From assembly GCA_965262715.1 (NCBI GenBank), contig OZ253553.1, forward strand, positions 1,120,001 through 1,184,000: a stretch of 64,000 nucleotides of DNA. Reading direction: 5' to 3'. This DNA comes from Bdellovibrionales bacterium (GTDB lineage Bacteria > Bdellovibrionota > Bdellovibrionia > Bdellovibrionales > JAUICD01). The notes beneath the pieces are model-generated. The model worked only from the letters and a program-made list of their open reading frames with translations, ran no database searches and had not been told where the DNA came from. The position numbers and the translations under genes were made by a program. Position 1 is the first letter of the stretch. Each line of letters starts with the position of its first letter. This document shows positions 8,894 through 19,258 of this stretch, piece by piece.

Positions 8894-10807
8894 TTAATTA
8901 TTGTAAAGGCCTAAGACAGACATGCCTGCCTTTGCTTTCTTTAATCTTTCAATAGCTAAACTATCGTTTAAAATTCTTGGCCTTAGTGGGGCCGGTTTTA
9001 GTATCTTTCTTAATTCAAGCTCTCGAATAATATCAATATGTGAAATGGAAAACTTACCTAGGAAGAAAGGCTCAAAATCATTACCTTCTTTTAAGTAATC
9101 CAATAAATTTATCAATCCTTTTAAGTATACCATGTCTTTTGTAAGACCACCACCTCTAAACACTCGGAAAGTTATATTAAACGCCGCAGTTCCAGATAAA
9201 TTATATTCTTCAGTCAGTTGACTATATATCTCGGAAAAAGATTTACCTTGAGTCATTTGAAAAACTGCGACAACTCGGGCAGCAAGCAATCGAAGTCGCG
9301 AGCCAGATAACTGACCACATAAGTATTCTGAAAAAACTGCAAGTGCCTCTTGGGTTTCGTCATACCCAGGCAAACCTATATACATCTGCTGAAAAGGTTG
9401 GGCTTTTCCATTGTAATAAGTTAATGCATGAGTGCCAATTTCATGATGTATGACTGCTTGAGTTCTTGATTTTTCAATTTCTAAATTTTCATTAATTAAA
9501 AGATTTCCACAAGAAACCATGACTCCAGAAATGTCTTTACGAAGAAAGACTTTAGTGCCAAATTCAGGGTATAGTTTTTTATAATAATCGATTTCCTTTT
9601 GCGCTAACAGTGCAAATTCACGGGCACTAATTCTTTTTGATTTGGCACCCTGCTTAGGTTTAGAGATACTAGCTAAAATTTTCTTTGCGGTTTTCAACAA
9701 CGAAGATTCAATTGAGCCATAGAGCTGAAAACTCTCATGCATAAAGTGCTTTAAGTTGCGATCAGATAACATAGTCAACATACATTCAAGATACAATTGC
9801 TGTTTTCGAAACAAATGAGAAAGACTCGGGTCTTCAATTTTTTCAATAGGTACTTTATATAATTGTCTTTTTATTAAGATTGGATCAATCGGCATAGGAC
9901 GATACAAAAAATCTGGTCTTCGTTGAAACTTGCTCCTTTTAAATTCTCCCCATGCTTCGTCAATATTGACCGGTGTCGCCAAAAGTAAGAAGTCAAATGA
10001 ATTGCCAATTTCCGCTAGCTGCCTGTCAACCTCCCATACAGCCTTAACCATTCTTCGACGGCCCAGTGACTGAAAGTGCTTTGGCCTAAGATTGGTATTG
10101 TTTTTAGTAAACTCAAAAACCGCTTTTCGTAATGACTTTGAAAAACCTCTTTCTATTTTTTTGTGTATCAGAGGAAATGTCTCACCAGTCACTCTATTCA
10201 GGTAAACAGGAGAAACTTCAATGCCAATTGAGTTCCATCCCATACTTTTAAGCTCTTTTGGTGAAAACAACCCGACGTAATTTCCTTTTAAAGATTCATT
10301 TCTGCTAAGCACGTTAATTTGAGAAAAATTGTCTTGTACTTTAATTTTAGATAGTTCAGTTTCAAAAACTTCAATGGCAGAACTCACGCCTTCTGTTGGC
10401 CGATAAATATCAAATTTTGGTTCTTTTTCATTGGAATTTAACACTTCATTAGAAGACCAGACTTCAATAAGAAGAAAGCCACCAAATTCCTCACAAAGAG
10501 TGGAGCCTACTGCTTTAAGTAAAGATTTATGATCTTTTGAAAAGTTAGAAGGAAGCTTTGTATATGATGCTTCACTAGTAACTAGAAAATCAGTGCCCCA
10601 ATCAAACACCTCTTTAACTTGGCGATACAGCACAAGGAAGGGCAATTGTCTATCGATGTGTATCCGGCCCCACTCCGAAAAATTACGGCGAATTGGCTTG
10701 CCTTGTTTTAATCGAAACGTGATATCACTAATCGTTTCTTTAGAGATATCCTTGATTTTAAAATCTCTTTTTTTAGGTGTCATCGCTTCACCAATCATTG
10801 AATCCAA
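8894..10807 (-). CDS. DUF1704 / TIGR02421 (QEGLA-motif, MATCAP-like) zinc peptidase with N-terminal extension
   Basis: HHEIGTH (HExxxH), ETQEALAVFSEY, RVFRGGGLTKD.VYL.G. Confidence 0.85.
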   Translation of the reverse strand: MDSMIGEAMTPKKRDFKIKDISKETISDITFRLKQGKPIRRNFSEWGRIHIDRQLPFLVLYRQVKEVFDWGTDFLVTSEASYTKLPSNFSKDHKSLLKAVGSTLCEEFGGFLLIEVWSSNEVLNSNEKEPKFDIYRPTEGVSSAIEVFETELSKIKVQDNFSQINVLSRNESLKGNYVGLFSPKELKSMGWNSIGIEVSPVYLNRVTGETFPLIHKKIERGFSKSLRKAVFEFTKNNTNLRPKHFQSLGRRRMVKAVWEVDRQLAEIGNSFDFLLLATPVNIDEAWGEFKRSKFQRRPDFLYRPMPIDPILIKRQLYKVPIEKIEDPSLSHLFRKQQLYLECMLTMLSDRNLKHFMHESFQLYGSIESSLLKTAKKILASISKPKQGAKSKRISAREFALLAQKEIDYYKKLYPEFGTKVFLRKDISGVMVSCGNLLINENLEIEKSRTQAVIHHEIGTHALTYYNGKAQPFQQMYIGLPGYDETQEALAVFSEYLCGQLSGSRLRLLAARVVAVFQMTQGKSFSEIYSQLTEEYNLSGTAAFNITFRVFRGGGLTKDMVYLKGLINLLDYLKEGNDFEPFFLGKFSISHIDIIRELELRKILKPAPLRPRILNDSLAIERLKKAKAGMSVLGLYNN

Positions 10808-11013
10808 GTTCTTAGTTGTACCTTTATTTATAAACCCAAGCTATCAAAGCAAGAGATGAAAGTATACTATTTACTATTTCAAATAGTCACTAATAACAAC
10901 TTTGTTCCACAAAGACTTAAGATAAAGAGGTTTGGCTAAGTATTTTTTTATATTTTCAACATTTGAGATATTCAATGTCAAACAAATGAAACTTGTATTA
11001 AGGTTTATAACTA

Positions 11014-11545
11014 GGGGCTGTTGCCATTTCGTAGAGGTATAAAAATACAAGCTAAAGCTAACATGCCCATATAATTTCTTTTAAGTTTGTCATATCTTGT
11101 AGCAATAGAACGGAAATGTTTAAGTCTTGCAAATGCATTTTCTACAAGATGACAATGTTTATAAAGAGACCAATCCATCTCTTGATTATTTTTATTTAAT
11201 GAATTTTTTCTTTTAGGAATTATTGAAATGGTATCCTGCTTTCTTATCTACTCTTTTAAACTATCACTGTTATAACCCTTATCTGCAATAAGATTGAAGA
11301 GCCGGTAACTTCTTTATAAAGTTTGGAGCAATCTTACAATCATGACACTCTCCTCCTGTAACTTCAAAATGTATTGGCCAACCAAAAGAATCAACAGCTA
11401 AATGGATTTTTGAGGTATTTCCTTCTCGAGATTTACCTATACCTACTTCTTCTCTGCAAGCCGTACCTCTACTGTATTGAGGAGCCTTGATAAGACTACT
11501 ATCAATAAACAGCCATCCCATATCAGGCTGTTCAATGATAGAATA
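11014..11545 (-). pseudogene. IS5 family (IS427 group) transposase remnant with right end
   Basis: IDSS...GNTSKIHLAVD...HD; after a frameshift ADKGY...LVENAFARLKHFRSIATRYDK; end GGCAACAGCCCCTAG. Confidence 0.8.
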
Positions 11546-11661
11546 AAAAAGTTTAATAATTTCTTTAAATTTCGCCTCTGAAACTCTTGAACAGGTAAAA
11601 TACCTTTTTTTCATAGTCATAACAATAAGTTAATAAAAGTTAACTTAAAATGTCATGAGCC
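11546..11661 (-). mobile_element. IS1595 family left-end remnant fused to the IS5 remnant
   Basis: MKKRYFTCSRVSEAKFKEIIKLF resembles IS1595-type N-termini; end GGCTCATGACA. Confidence 0.5.
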
Positions 11662-11985
11662 TAAAAATAAATAAGCCTTTTAAAAAGACTTTAAAACAGG
11701 TATTTATAGGCTTTTACTTCAAAATAGGCAAAAAGATGTACTTTGAAGAGATAATAACGAAAGGAGCTATTCTAAGTTAATATAATAGTTATGAAGTAAC
11801 ACTTAAATGAAGTTTATAAATAAATTTTTATTATTTACACAATTTACACAATGAATGATAGATAACTTTTTATTTTAGTTGATAAAAGTCAATTTAATTA
11901 GTAGTATCATAAGATTCATTTGTTTACAAAGTAGAACGAGATAAAAACACACAGGTACTGTACACATGACGAGGAAACGTTAATA

Positions 11986-13329
11986 ATGAAATGCTTATTG
12001 CTATCATCTCTCTTTTTATCTAGCTTTTTTATTCAAGCAACCTTGACTTATGCCAAAATAACTGAAGTGAATCCTGCTGAAACAAACTTTAATCCTCAGA
12101 CAAATTTATGTGTTTCAGCATGGTTACAATCAGCAACTGTAGATGATATAAATGATGAGTTTAACAAAAATACTATTGACCTCACACTACCTTGTGACAA
12201 TTTAACTAAAAATACACCTTTGCACTTAGCAATTATGGCAGGTGCAAACCTAGAGAAGATCACCACACTCATTGAAAATGGAGCTAATGTTCTTTTAAAA
12301 AATACTGCTGGTGAAAACGCCACTTACCTTGCAGGCTTATATGCTCCTAAAGATGTTTATCAATATATATTAACTACAGAAAATCAGACAGCAGAATTTC
12401 AAACAACCCCTTCAAGTTTAGAAATAGACCACCTTGTCGAAGAACAAATCAATTATTGGCTGAATCAAGAGCGTGCAACGTTAAGTGATTATGCTGCTAA
12501 TGCCTCTGATTATCATAGAACTTATCAAGACCCATCGCATAGAAATGTTCCTGTAGGTTTTTATGTGTCTTTTGATGTAGGTACTGTATTTAAATCAATT
12601 CTTACACAAAACTACATTTCAACAAACTGTGATCAGCCTTCAGAGGGTTCATCTCAAATGCCTTTAAATCATATGAATTGTACAAGTTATACAAATGATC
12701 AAAAGAGTCATGCTTTTACAACACAGAACGGTTCAACAGCTGGTGTAACATTTGGTTATGCTTGGGGAATAGTCGAGGGTACTCCATTTCGCTTACGTAT
12801 CGAAGGTGAATATGCACGTCATCAAATAGACAGGAATACTGATGTACTTCTTACTGATCCTGATTTACAGTTTGTTTCTCAAGTTTTTTCTGGCCTCGAT
12901 ACCAAACAATCTTTTTTGAATCTCTACATAGATCTACCTAAATTATTTGAAAGTGCTGGAGGTGTGTTGAGAAACGCCACTCCTTATTTTGCTGCGGGTA
13001 TAGGTAGTATTGATTTCAGTTTTAAATATAGGCCCAATGAAGAAAATCCATCTACTCAAATGGGGAGTATAGATCTATTAACACCTACTCAATCTCCTGG
13101 AACACAGATTATTGTTGGTACAGATTATTCAATAACAAATAGGATTCTATTGGGAATAAAAGCACGTTACGCAATATTTCATCTAGATATTACAGCATTA
13201 CCAGGTTGGAAGGATATTTTAAGAACACAATATGAATCATCCATGAACTTTACTTCTATCGCAGTAGAAGGGATGAAATTTTCTAATGTTACTCTCCATC
13301 TGAAAATCTATTTAGGTAGACAAAATTAA
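11986..13329 (+). CDS. Secreted ankyrin-repeat + outer-membrane beta-barrel fusion protein
   Basis: Signal peptide; TPLHLAIMAG...LIENGANV ankyrin repeat; C-terminal GFYVSFDVG, LRIEGEY, NLYID, TPYFAAGIG, GTDYSIT, GIKARY strands (OmpA/opacity-like barrel). Confidence 0.75.
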   Translation: MKCLLLSSLFLSSFFIQATLTYAKITEVNPAETNFNPQTNLCVSAWLQSATVDDINDEFNKNTIDLTLPCDNLTKNTPLHLAIMAGANLEKITTLIENGANVLLKNTAGENATYLAGLYAPKDVYQYILTTENQTAEFQTTPSSLEIDHLVEEQINYWLNQERATLSDYAANASDYHRTYQDPSHRNVPVGFYVSFDVGTVFKSILTQNYISTNCDQPSEGSSQMPLNHMNCTSYTNDQKSHAFTTQNGSTAGVTFGYAWGIVEGTPFRLRIEGEYARHQIDRNTDVLLTDPDLQFVSQVFSGLDTKQSFLNLYIDLPKLFESAGGVLRNATPYFAAGIGSIDFSFKYRPNEENPSTQMGSIDLLTPTQSPGTQIIVGTDYSITNRILLGIKARYAIFHLDITALPGWKDILRTQYESSMNFTSIAVEGMKFSNVTLHLKIYLGRQN

Positions 13330-13448
13330 TCATCTTATATAAAAATCCTTAAGTTCTTATTATATTAACCCCTAAACTACCCAGTCTCATCTCCTCCTTT
13401 AAAGTTTTCTAATAAAAAAGGAGATAAAAGAAAGTAAGTAAAAAGTTT

Positions 13449-13955
13449 TTATAAATTACTATGAGAACGATCATGTCCTTCTAATATAGAAGCAATTTGC
13501 TTAAAAACTTCTTGAGATTCAGGTTGTTCTTTATGTTCTAAAATTTGTTTTTCAGCCCAAAATAATGCTGTTTTATCCCAATAGTTTGTAGTGCATGGAT
13601 CAGCTCCTCTTTCTAAAAGTAATCTAACAACATTAATATGCCCATTGAATGTAGCTGTCATAAGCGGAGTCCATGTATTACTACTAGGTAGATCAGCATC
13701 TGCTCCAGCATCTAAAATAATTCTTGTCAACCTCTCATCTCCTCTTTTTACTGCTATATGTAAGGGATGTGATCCAAGAGCTTGAATCATAAGAGCTGAA
13801 TTCACATCAAACCCTTGATTGATAAACTCTTGCACAGTATTGATATTTGCTTCTTCAAAAGCTCCAACAAAATTAATAACAGCTACAGGGAATTCATCAT
13901 TGGCAGTAACATTTATACAAATAAGACTTATAAAAATAGATAATAAAATTCTCAT
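13449..13955 (-). CDS. Secreted ankyrin-repeat protein (copy 1)
   Basis: Signal peptide MRILLSIFISLICINVTA; HPLHIAV, TPLMTAT, TALFWA repeats; GGAG RBS. Confidence 0.9.
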   Translation of the reverse strand: MRILLSIFISLICINVTANDEFPVAVINFVGAFEEANINTVQEFINQGFDVNSALMIQALGSHPLHIAVKRGDERLTRIILDAGADADLPSSNTWTPLMTATFNGHINVVRLLLERGADPCTTNYWDKTALFWAEKQILEHKEQPESQEVFKQIASILEGHDRSHSNL

Positions 13956-13983
13956 ATTGACTCCTTTAAATATCACTTTTTAC

Positions 13984-14000
13984 TTGCAATACTTCTGCCA
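13984..14000 (-). promoter_or_regulatory. Sigma54 (-24/-12) promoter
   Basis: TGGCAGAAGTATTGCAA, GG-N10-GC; upstream palindrome TGTCAC-N4-GTGACA at 14061-14076 may be an enhancer site. Confidence 0.7.
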
Positions 14001-14125
14001 AGATTTCAGCTCTATTTTGGCTGTTTTAATCAACTGTTTTAAGAAAAAAGGGTATTAATTTGTCACTTCTGTGACATAAAGTGTCTTATAAGACTCTAAA
14101 AAGTAACTTTATGAAATGAATAATC

Positions 14126-16072
14126 CTGAGTTTGACAGTTAATTTCAATTTTCGTGATATTTTTGATTCAGAATATTTTATTTATAGGCATTAGCGGTTA
14201 GTTGGTTTAAATTTTGTTAAAAATCCTAGTGAAACATAATTTATAATACAGCGAGTTATCCGCTTTATTTTAGTTGATATTTTGTTTTTTTGTTCTAGTA
14301 TATTTTTATGTTTATAAAGAAGACAAAAAACTCCAGAGGACAAACTTACTACCACATATGTGAAAGCTATTGGAAAGATGGTAAAAGTAACCATAGAACA
14401 CTTATGTCTTTGGGGCGGGCCAAGGAGACTCGCTTAGAAGACCTCCTTGATCTTATAAGCCGTCATTTAGATGTTTTATCTGCCAGTCAAATAGCTAAAA
14501 AGATTGATGTGAAAAACACTTTTATTTTAGGCCCATTCCTTATTATAGATGCTATTTTTAAACAATTAAACCTCTATGGATTATTAACAGATTTAAAACA
14601 GAAGCACCGTAAAGTACAATTTGACTTTGTTAAGATTGTTTTTACATTGGTTATAAGTCGTTTTGTAGAGCCTTGTTCTAAGCTTAAAGTATTTTCACAC
14701 TGGCAGAAGTTATTTTATCCTGATTTTTTAAAAAAGGAGCTTCATCTTCAGGACATTTATCGTTCTTTAGATATTCTATCTAAACATAAGGAAGATATAG
14801 AAAAAAGTCTTTATCATAGAGATAAGGCTCAGTTAAGTTTTTTTAATGAATGTGATGTTATTTTGTATGATTTAACGACATTGAGGTTTGAAAGTACTCG
14901 TGAGGATTTAGATAATTTTCGGAGATTTGGTTATAGTAAGAAGAAGAGAAGTGATTGTACCCAGGTGGTATTTGGACTTTTAGTAGATACAGAAGGTATG
15001 CCCTTAGGATTTGATGTTTATCCTGGGAATACATTTGAAGGTAAAACAATACCTTCAGTTATGACGAAGCTAAAGAAGAAGTTAAAGATCAGAAGATTTA
15101 TATTAGTAGGAGATAGAGGTTTATTTTCTAATAAAAACTTAGAGTTATTTAAAGATCGAGGCCATGAATTTATAGTAGGTTTAAAGTTAGGATTACTTAA
15201 AGATCGTCAGGCTGAGATTTATAACCTGAAGAATTTTAAATGGATGAATGAAGATATAGCGATCTATGAGACAGAATATAAGGGTTATCGTTGTATCATA
15301 ACTTGGTCAAGAAAGAGAGCGGAACGAGATAAGAAAGTAAGAGAAGATATTCTATCTAAAATAGAAGTTCAATTATCAAAGAAGTCAATAAGCGTAAGAT
15401 CCTTTTTAACTAATAGTAATTATAAGAAGTATCTTATTCATCCTAAGAGTAAAAGGAAGCCTACTTTAAATAAGTCAGCTATAGATGAGTCAGAAAGGAC
15501 AGACGGTTTTTTTGGAATAATTACAAATACAGATTTAAGCTCTGAAGAGATTATAATGAACTATAAGCAGTTATGGAAGATAGAGAATTCTTTTAGAGAG
15601 TTGAAGAGTACATTAAAGACACGTCCAATGTTTCATTGGACAGATGAAAGGATATTAGGTCATCTTGTATTGTGCTTCATAGCATATTTGTGTGAAGCAT
15701 ATTTGACTAAGAAATTCCACGACCGTGGTATCATGTTAAATCAGTCAGTTCAAGACAAGACAGTCAAGCCAAGGCCTCTAACAGTGTTAGAAGCAATGAA
15801 ACAGTTGAAGGAAGTAAGAGCTGTACCTGTCACAGTCAAAGATAAGACACTTTGGATCAGAACAGACATAACAGGCAATCTAGCAGATGTATTTAAAGCG
15901 ATAGGAGTAAAGATACCACCTAAGCAATTAAAAGTAGAATAATCACAACTTTAAGTCTCATTGAATTTGCTTACAAACCTTGTCACAAAACAAAAACCTA
16001 GTGGCACAAAATCCCTGAACAATCATAACTTATTAAATTTACTTAACTTTGTTTTTGCAACTGTCAAACTCA
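14126..16072 (+). mobile_element. IS1634 family insertion sequence
   Basis: TIRs (C)TGAGTTTGACAGTT / AACTGTCAAACTCA; flanked by ~735-bp direct repeats. Confidence 0.92.
14308..15942 (+). CDS. IS1634 family transposase (intact)
   Basis: LYDLTTLRFE, FGYSK.KRSD, YPGNTFE, VGDRG, YKQLWKIENSFRELK, RPMFHW...GH. Confidence 0.95.
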   Translation: MFIKKTKNSRGQTYYHICESYWKDGKSNHRTLMSLGRAKETRLEDLLDLISRHLDVLSASQIAKKIDVKNTFILGPFLIIDAIFKQLNLYGLLTDLKQKHRKVQFDFVKIVFTLVISRFVEPCSKLKVFSHWQKLFYPDFLKKELHLQDIYRSLDILSKHKEDIEKSLYHRDKAQLSFFNECDVILYDLTTLRFESTREDLDNFRRFGYSKKKRSDCTQVVFGLLVDTEGMPLGFDVYPGNTFEGKTIPSVMTKLKKKLKIRRFILVGDRGLFSNKNLELFKDRGHEFIVGLKLGLLKDRQAEIYNLKNFKWMNEDIAIYETEYKGYRCIITWSRKRAERDKKVREDILSKIEVQLSKKSISVRSFLTNSNYKKYLIHPKSKRKPTLNKSAIDESERTDGFFGIITNTDLSSEEIIMNYKQLWKIENSFRELKSTLKTRPMFHWTDERILGHLVLCFIAYLCEAYLTKKFHDRGIMLNQSVQDKTVKPRPLTVLEAMKQLKEVRAVPVTVKDKTLWIRTDITGNLADVFKAIGVKIPPKQLKVE

Positions 16073-16131
16073 TCTCCTACTTTAAGATTTTCTAATAAAA
16101 AAGGAGATAAAAGAAAGTAAGTAAAAAGTTT

Positions 16132-16638
16132 TTATAAATTACTATGAGAACGATCATGCCCTTCTAATATAGAAGCAATTTGCTTAAAAACTTCTTGAGA
16201 TTCAAGTTGTTTTTTATGTTCTAAAATTTGTTTTTCAGCCCAAAATAATGCTGTTTTATCCCAATAGTTTGTAGTGCATGGATCAGCTCCTCTTTCTAAA
16301 AGTAATCTAACAATATTAATATGCCCATTGAATGTAGCTGTCATAAGTGGAGTCCATGTATTACTACTAGGTAGATCAGCATCTGCTCCAGCATCTAAAA
16401 TAATTCTTGTCAACCTCTCATCTCCTCTTTTTACTGCTCTATGTAAGGGATGTGATCCAAGAGCTTGAATCATAAGAGCTGAATTCACACTAAAACCTTG
16501 ATCGATAAGCTTTTGTACAGTATTTATATCTGCTTCTTCAAAAGCTTCAACAAAATTAATAACAGCTACAGGGAATTCTTCATTGGCAGTAATATTTATA
16601 CAAATAAGACTTATAAAAATAGATAATAAAATTCTCAT
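16132..16638 (-). CDS. Secreted ankyrin-repeat protein (copy 2)
   Basis: Near-identical to 13449..13955. Confidence 0.9.
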   Translation of the reverse strand: MRILLSIFISLICINITANEEFPVAVINFVEAFEEADINTVQKLIDQGFSVNSALMIQALGSHPLHRAVKRGDERLTRIILDAGADADLPSSNTWTPLMTATFNGHINIVRLLLERGADPCTTNYWDKTALFWAEKQILEHKKQLESQEVFKQIASILEGHDRSHSNL

Positions 16639-16666
16639 ATTGACTCCTTTAAATATCACTTTTTAC

Positions 16667-16683
16667 TTGCAATACTTCTGCCA
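16667..16683 (-). promoter_or_regulatory. Sigma54 promoter (duplicate)
   Basis: TGGCAGAAGTATTGCAA. Confidence 0.7.
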
Positions 16684-17073
16684 AGATTTCAGCTTTATTT
16701 TGGCTGTTTTAATCAACTGTTTTAAGAAAAAAGGGTATTAATTTGTCACTTCTGTGACATAAAATGTCTCATAAGACTTTAAAAATAACTTTATGAAATG
16801 AATAATCTCACCCCTATTCCTAAATGCTCGGTAACTATTTATTATGAAGTAACACGTAGATATTTAGATGTTATTGAGTTAAGATTTGTTTATAACAATC
16901 TAGATTTATGATACTTTCAGTTGACTTTTAGATGTGTTATCTTGTTATTATTTTTATAAAAAAAGATATTTTGATTTAGAAAATAAAAAATGAATAACTC
17001 TTAACATCCCTTTTGGAACAAGAGTGTAACCTACATGTTCAGAGTGTATTATCTTAAAAATAAGGAATAAAAA

Positions 17074-17769
17074 ATGAAAACAATTGGATTGATTGGAGGA
17101 GTAACCTGGCATTCAACAGTCGAATACTACAAAAAAATAAATGAGAAAGTGGCTGCTCAACTTGGAAAACACCACTCAGCAAAAATTGTTATCAGTAGTG
17201 TCGATTTCGAGGAAATTCTTTCAGCTCAAAATACACAAAATTCTGAAAGAATCATTACAGTTTTAAAAACACACTTAAAAAGTGTTGAATCAGCAGGAGT
17301 AGATTTTTTTGCAATTGCGTCTAACACTCTTCACATGTATTCAGATGAGCTAACTGCAATCACAAAACTACCCATGGTTCATATTATAGATGAAACAGCT
17401 AAAGAGGCAAGACTGAGGGGATTAAAAAAACTATGTCTTCTTGGAACTGGTTTTACAATGAGGCATTCATTTTTTATACAACGAATGGATAGTCATGGCT
17501 TGAAAGTTGTAGTACCAACCGATCAAGAAAAAGATGAAATACATCGAAGTATTTTTGAAGAGCTTACTTATGGTAAATTGAAACCCGAAACAAAGAAAAT
17601 GTATCTCAATGTAATAAGAAATGCACAGAATCAAGGCTGTGATGGAATGATATTAGGGTGCACAGAAATTCCTATGATTCTTTATCCTGAGGATGCAAAT
17701 ATTCCATTATTGGACACGACGGAAATTCATGCAAAAGCGTTAGTCAAAAATGCTCTTTCACCTTTTTAA
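17074..17769 (+). CDS. Aspartate/glutamate racemase family protein (YgeA/RacX-like)
   Basis: MKTIGLIGG..W.ST.EYY, SNTLH, LLGT.FTM, ILGCTEIP, DTTEIHA. Confidence 0.92.
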   Translation: MKTIGLIGGVTWHSTVEYYKKINEKVAAQLGKHHSAKIVISSVDFEEILSAQNTQNSERIITVLKTHLKSVESAGVDFFAIASNTLHMYSDELTAITKLPMVHIIDETAKEARLRGLKKLCLLGTGFTMRHSFFIQRMDSHGLKVVVPTDQEKDEIHRSIFEELTYGKLKPETKKMYLNVIRNAQNQGCDGMILGCTEIPMILYPEDANIPLLDTTEIHAKALVKNALSPF

Positions 17770-18040
17770 CTAGAGGTCATCTCAAAATTACTTCTAATGT
17801 CCATGTTTTCAAAACAACCTCTTAACTTAAATACCACACTCAAGAGTTCACAAGACGAGGACTTCATCCTGTATTTAAATAACATGCTAAAATCATCATT
17901 TGTAAAAATCTTAATTTCTTCACAGTAATGATAGAAGACTTTGTAATTTACCTTTGTTATGTAAAACAGTGCTTTAGGATCAGCATCTATACTTATGTAA
18001 TTTGAAAAGTGCTAGACAAATAATATCTATCCTTGCATTA

Positions 18041-18370
18041 TAGTTATAGATAGTTATAGATAGTTATAGATAGTTATAGATAGTTATAGATAGTTATAGA
18101 TAGTTATAGATAGTTATAGATAGTTATAGATAGTTATAGATAGTTATAGATAGTTATAGATAGTTATAGATAGTTATAGATAGTTATAGATAGTTATAGA
18201 TAGTTATAGATAGTTATAGATAGTTATAGATAGTTATAGATAGTTATAGATAGTTATAGATAGTTATAGATAGTTATAGATAGTTATAGATAGTTATAGA
18301 TAGTTATAGATAGTTATAGATAGTTATAGATAGTTATAGATAGTTATAGATAGTTATAGATATTTATAGA
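18041..18370. repeat. Tandem repeat (TAGTTATAGA)x32 plus one degenerate unit
   Basis: 32 perfect 10-bp units at 18041-18360, then TATTTATAGA. Confidence 0.97.
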
Positions 18371-18400
18371 CTCATTTAGAATAAAAGCCTTGGAGTTTCT

Positions 18401-19258
18401 ATGCGGAAATCAATTCAAATCATCCAGATCATTCAAAACAGTATAAAAGAGACTTTTCCTTTTCTTCGTTTTGCTTTTTTTTGGTTGTTTTTTACTATAA
18501 CTCCTGTCTGGTGCTACTTGTTTCTGTTAGAACTTCCTTTTTCTTCCTTATTATTAAAGCTTGCACTAGCCTATGCCTACATCCTTTTTGTAACCTTTCT
18601 ATGGTTTATTACCATACCCTATTTACTCCATTGCTTTTACAAAAAACAACCACCATCTTCTAACCAGTTTTTTCAACATTTAAAAGCACATATTTTTTCT
18701 ATAATGACTGAAATACTCAAACTCATTGTTCATATTTTTCCCATTTTCCTTTCTGTTTTAGTTATTTTGGGTATTCCAATTATTTTATTTCCTTCTAATA
18801 TTTCTGTTATTTGGATCTCTGTAGGTCTTTTATGTCTCTTCTTAATTATATGGACAACTATACTATGGACACGCTTCTTATTCATTCCTTTAATTGTCGC
18901 TTTCAATGACTCCTATCAAAAAGGACAAATTGACACTCTTGAGTATTCCAAAATTTTGACAAAAGGATATAGAGGCTCTATTTTTATTTGTTTTTCTACA
19001 ATCAATATCTTTTCTAATCTTCTCGCTCTTTTTGCCTCATATATCACTTATATTTTTCTTTCTTTATTTTTTAATGAAGAATCTTTACCTAATATCGTCA
19101 TATATCAAGAAAATAACTCTTTATCCTTTTTTATTTTATTTACAATATTATTCTCCTATTTTCTTACCCCCTTTTTTCATATAGTTTATTATAAATTTTA
19201 TAAGTTTCTAGAAGCCTCACTCCAAGATTTAGACTCTAGAAACTTAATGAAAGAATAA
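18401..19258 (+). CDS. Polytopic membrane protein, paralog of 5415..6326
   Basis: Multiple TM segments; shared motifs with 5415. Confidence 0.8.
   Translation: MRKSIQIIQIIQNSIKETFPFLRFAFFWLFFTITPVWCYLFLLELPFSSLLLKLALAYAYILFVTFLWFITIPYLLHCFYKKQPPSSNQFFQHLKAHIFSIMTEILKLIVHIFPIFLSVLVILGIPIILFPSNISVIWISVGLLCLFLIIWTTILWTRFLFIPLIVAFNDSYQKGQIDTLEYSKILTKGYRGSIFICFSTINIFSNLLALFASYITYIFLSLFFNEESLPNIVIYQENNSLSFFILFTILFSYFLTPFFHIVYYKFYKFLEASLQDLDSRNLMKE

Larger units (their letters stand above)
13390..14125. repeat. Long direct repeat, copy 1 (left flank of IS1634)
   Basis: Matches 16073..16807 with about 25 differences by manual comparison. Confidence 0.92.
16073..16807. repeat. Long direct repeat, copy 2 (right flank of IS1634)
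   Basis: Matches 13390..14125. Confidence 0.92.

Noticed and set aside
18041..18370. Possible CRISPR array
   Set aside because: Contiguous 10-bp units with no spacers and no cas genes; this is a simple tandem repeat.
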